From the NCBI GenBank assembly GCA_045545875.1, contig JAZQBS010000123.1:3112-67111 (forward strand): DNA of 64,000 nt. Direction: 5' to 3'. A program made the position numbers and the translations under genes. This DNA is from Bacteroidales bacterium. GTDB taxonomy: Bacteria; Bacteroidota; Bacteroidia; Bacteroidales; UBA3663. Of the stretch, positions 60,518 through 64,000 are shown one piece after another. The notes beneath the pieces were generated by a model. It worked only from the letters and a program-made list of their open reading frames with translations. It did not search any database and was not told where the DNA came from. Position 1 is the first letter of the stretch. Each line of letters opens with the position of its first letter.

Positions 60518-60715
60518 ATGTCTGAAATCGAACTTAACAAATGGTACACCTCCCTTACAATCGCCGACAAGGAGTCCATCACCGGGAAAAAGTATCCTGC
60601 CTGCTCCAAGGTATGGAACGAATGGACCCTCGAACAGCGCTCTGAGGCCAAGGACAAGAGCAGCATCTTGCGCGGCAGGCGAATCAAGGAGAATCCGATG
60701 GGACATGATTTTTGA
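60518..60715 (+). CDS. Small (65 aa) hypothetical protein
   Basis: MSEIELNKWYTSLTIADKE...KYPACSKVWNEW; own promoter and terminator. Confidence 0.7.
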   Translation: MSEIELNKWYTSLTIADKESITGKKYPACSKVWNEWTLEQRSEAKDKSSILRGRRIKENPMGHDF

Positions 60716-60729
60716 ATCAGCCCATTTAT

Positions 60730-60758
60730 CCCCCTATTCAGGATAGGGGGTTTTTTTT
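60730..60758 (+). terminator. Intrinsic terminator of the small gene
   Basis: CCCCCTAT-TCAGG-ATAGGGGG followed by T8. Confidence 0.85.
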
Positions 60759-61395
60759 ATCCTTTTTTGGTTTTCTTTCCTTTCTGAACGCCTTCTTTCA
60801 CGGGCTTGATGTAACCGCGAATGTCAAGCTTGTTAGAAGGATGGTCGAAATAACGCTCCACGGAGAAAAGGTCCTCGATCACCATGAAGTCGCCTTGATC
60901 GGGACACTTGCGCAGAAGGTCCTTCAGTTCCACGGCTTTGCTGAAATCGAGCTGCGAGACCCTGTTGTTGTGCGAATCGATCAGCTGGGCATGGATGTTG
61001 AACTTGCCATCGGGGAAACTCGTGGGCACCAACCAAACGTCATACATGCACTCGATGTTCTCCACAGGGAAATCGAAAGGCACATTGTTCCTCACCAGTC
61101 CAACTGATGCTATATAGTAATGATGGTCATCCTCGACAGGGACACCGAGAGTCTCCAGTTCAAGACGGGAGAGACGAGTGACCGTACACATGCGGACGAA
61201 ATAATATTTAGAAAGGTCGCCACTGAAAAGATAAGGAATCTTCTGGGGTTCCTGCTTGGGCACAAAGACACTGTCGGCCGCAGCGTCTTCCACATTGTCG
61301 GCTGTTGGTTGGCCGCCATTGTCAGAATTGCTCTGTCGGCAGCCCGCAAACAGCAACAAGCCGCAGACAGCAGACAAGATTGTTAGTCTATTCAT
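60757..61395 (-). CDS. Hypothetical lipoprotein
   Basis: Lipobox LFAGC followed by an acidic linker. Confidence 0.75.
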   Translation of the reverse strand: MNRLTILSAVCGLLLFAGCRQSNSDNGGQPTADNVEDAAADSVFVPKQEPQKIPYLFSGDLSKYYFVRMCTVTRLSRLELETLGVPVEDDHHYYIASVGLVRNNVPFDFPVENIECMYDVWLVPTSFPDGKFNIHAQLIDSHNNRVSQLDFSKAVELKDLLRKCPDQGDFMVIEDLFSVERYFDHPSNKLDIRGYIKPVKEGVQKGKKTKKG

Positions 61396-61401
61396 TTTAT
61401 T

Positions 61402-62517
61402 TTATTTAAATATGCGTTGTGCAAGGTTATACAGGTCGGCACGCCAGGTGCCCCAGCTGTGACCCTCCTGGGCATTCTCTTCATAGAGGTACTTCACGCC
61501 AGCCTTGTCGAGCTCTTTGCGCGTATTCTCGCAGTTGCGATAGGCAATGTCCGAAGGGCCGCCCTGGGTGAAGACGAGCACCTTGAAACTCTTGTTCATC
61601 CTGGCGGCATTCTCAGCCACCTTGAGACGTGCTGCTTCCTTGGCAGGTTCGGCCATCGGGCTGAAACTGCTGCTCAGTACCCACACGTAGGAGAAAAGGT
61701 CGATGTTCTGGAAGGCAGTCTCCATCGTCTCCATGCCGCCCATCGAAAGACCGGCGATGGCACGATGATCCTTGTCGGTAAGCACACGGTAGTTGCTTTC
61801 AATGAATGGGATGATGTCGGTGATCATATCCTTGGCAAACGGAGCCACCTCATCCTGCACATTGGGTCCGACAATGGTACCGTTGGGCATCACCACAATC
61901 ATCGGCTTGATCTTGCCCTCGGCCAAAAGGTTGTCGAGGATGTTGCCTGCAGCTCCCGCATTGGGCCAGCTGGTGTCGGTGTCGCCACCTCCATGAATCA
62001 GGTAAAGCACGGGCAGCTTCTGCTTGCCCTTTTCGTAGCCCGCCGGAGTCCACACGCGCATAGTGCGCGTTTCGCCGATGGTCCTCGATTCATAAGTGCG
62101 CACAGCCATGGCACCATGCGGAATATCCTTGCGATAGGCAAAGAACTCCTTGCCGGTAGGGGCAACGGTAGCGACAGCGGTAAGTTCGGTGGTTGCCGGA
62201 GCCTTGGGATCATAGACGGGCAGGCCATCCACTACAAAGTGATAGCGATAGACACCCGGTTTGACGTTGGGCACCTCGATGGTCCAGACGCCGTTGTCTT
62301 GCTCCTTTGCCTCAATCTTCTGGCCCCAAGGCATGGCATCGCCGGCAAGCGTGACGATATGCGCCTTGGGTGCATAGATGCTATAAACCACATTGCCGTT
62401 GTCGAGCACGCGCACCGACTGCAATGTGTCGTTGGGTGTGGGTTTGCGAAGCCACTGCGCCGAAACGCCAAGGCTGCAACCCATCAGAAGAACAAGCGTG
62501 AAAAGGATTTGTTTCAT
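61402..62517 (-). CDS. CE1-like esterase with N-terminal E-set/CBM48-like domain
   Basis: YAPKA, YRYHFVVDG, PVLYLIHGGG, RAIAGLSMGG, GHSW. Confidence 0.9.
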   Translation of the reverse strand: MKQILFTLVLLMGCSLGVSAQWLRKPTPNDTLQSVRVLDNGNVVYSIYAPKAHIVTLAGDAMPWGQKIEAKEQDNGVWTIEVPNVKPGVYRYHFVVDGLPVYDPKAPATTELTAVATVAPTGKEFFAYRKDIPHGAMAVRTYESRTIGETRTMRVWTPAGYEKGKQKLPVLYLIHGGGDTDTSWPNAGAAGNILDNLLAEGKIKPMIVVMPNGTIVGPNVQDEVAPFAKDMITDIIPFIESNYRVLTDKDHRAIAGLSMGGMETMETAFQNIDLFSYVWVLSSSFSPMAEPAKEAARLKVAENAARMNKSFKVLVFTQGGPSDIAYRNCENTRKELDKAGVKYLYEENAQEGHSWGTWRADLYNLAQRIFK

Positions 62518-62614
62518 GATCTAAAATATTTAATTGTTACGGGTGCAAAGATAAGGTATATATTTTAAATATGCAAGAAAAAAACACTTTTTTTGACTTT
62601 TGTCACCCGCAAAT

Positions 62615-62716
62615 GAAAAAGTAGAGCAGGGAGACCTCACGGCCTCCCTGCTCCTCTAACACACATTATTATAAATTCTTAACACATCTTTATAATCAAA
62701 ATTTTTTTCATTTTCA
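62615..62716 (-). ncRNA. Candidate small RNA of about 100 nt (or transcript of a 10-aa ORF)
   Basis: Consensus promoter at 62722-62753, terminator hairpin at 62624-62653, separate downstream promoter at 62546-62553. Confidence 0.6.
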
Positions 62717-62837
62717 CGATGCAAAGATAAGGAGTTTTTGGATGTCTCGCAAATAATTATGTTCCAAATTTCCCCTTATTTGGTTACATAGGTGAAAAAA
62801 GAATGATATTCTATACCAAATGATATAAAATTTGCAT

Positions 62838-62877
62838 AAAAAAAGCATGGCTGCCCTAAAAAACGGACAGCCATGCC
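62838..62877 (-). terminator. Terminator of the upstream esterase
   Basis: GCATGGCTG/CAGCCATGC stem with U-run on the minus strand. Confidence 0.8.
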
Positions 62878-62909
62878 ACATCAGAGGATTATTAAAGAAG
62901 CACAAGCAA

Positions 62910-64000
<1,091 letters not shown>

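Overview
Chromosomal segment of a Bacteroidales bacterium, probably Prevotellaceae-like. Evidence for the lineage: SusC/SusD pair, hybrid two-component system, TAnnTTTG/TTTG promoters, Prevotella-type C-terminal sorting tails. Contents: a partial TonB-dependent receptor, a TolC/EmrA/MFS efflux operon, housekeeping genes (nadK, nucleoside phosphorylase, yigZ, pyrC, tyrS, manA, gpmI, crcB), a glycine-lipid-type acyltransferase pair, a LytS/LytTR pair, a pectin (RG-II-like) utilisation locus (CE19-like esterase, PL1, secreted protein, lipoprotein, SusC, SusD, DUF3826) and scattered CAZymes (stand-alone GH137, GH95, GH97, GH35, GH105, two CE1-like esterases). No rRNA, tRNA, transposase, integrase or cas gene was seen. 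The most unusual items are non-coding: (1) an 8 x 42-bp palindrome-containing array just upstream of the promoter of a sensor-less AraC-type HTH gene in an AT-rich islet; (2) a stand-alone promoter-to-terminator unit of about 100 nt (sRNA or 10-aa ORF); (3) a tyrS leader with a canonical G-quadruplex motif and complementary C-tracts; (4) dispersed 7-bp and 9-bp intergenic micro-repeat families. Family calls rest on recalled motifs; no database search was run.
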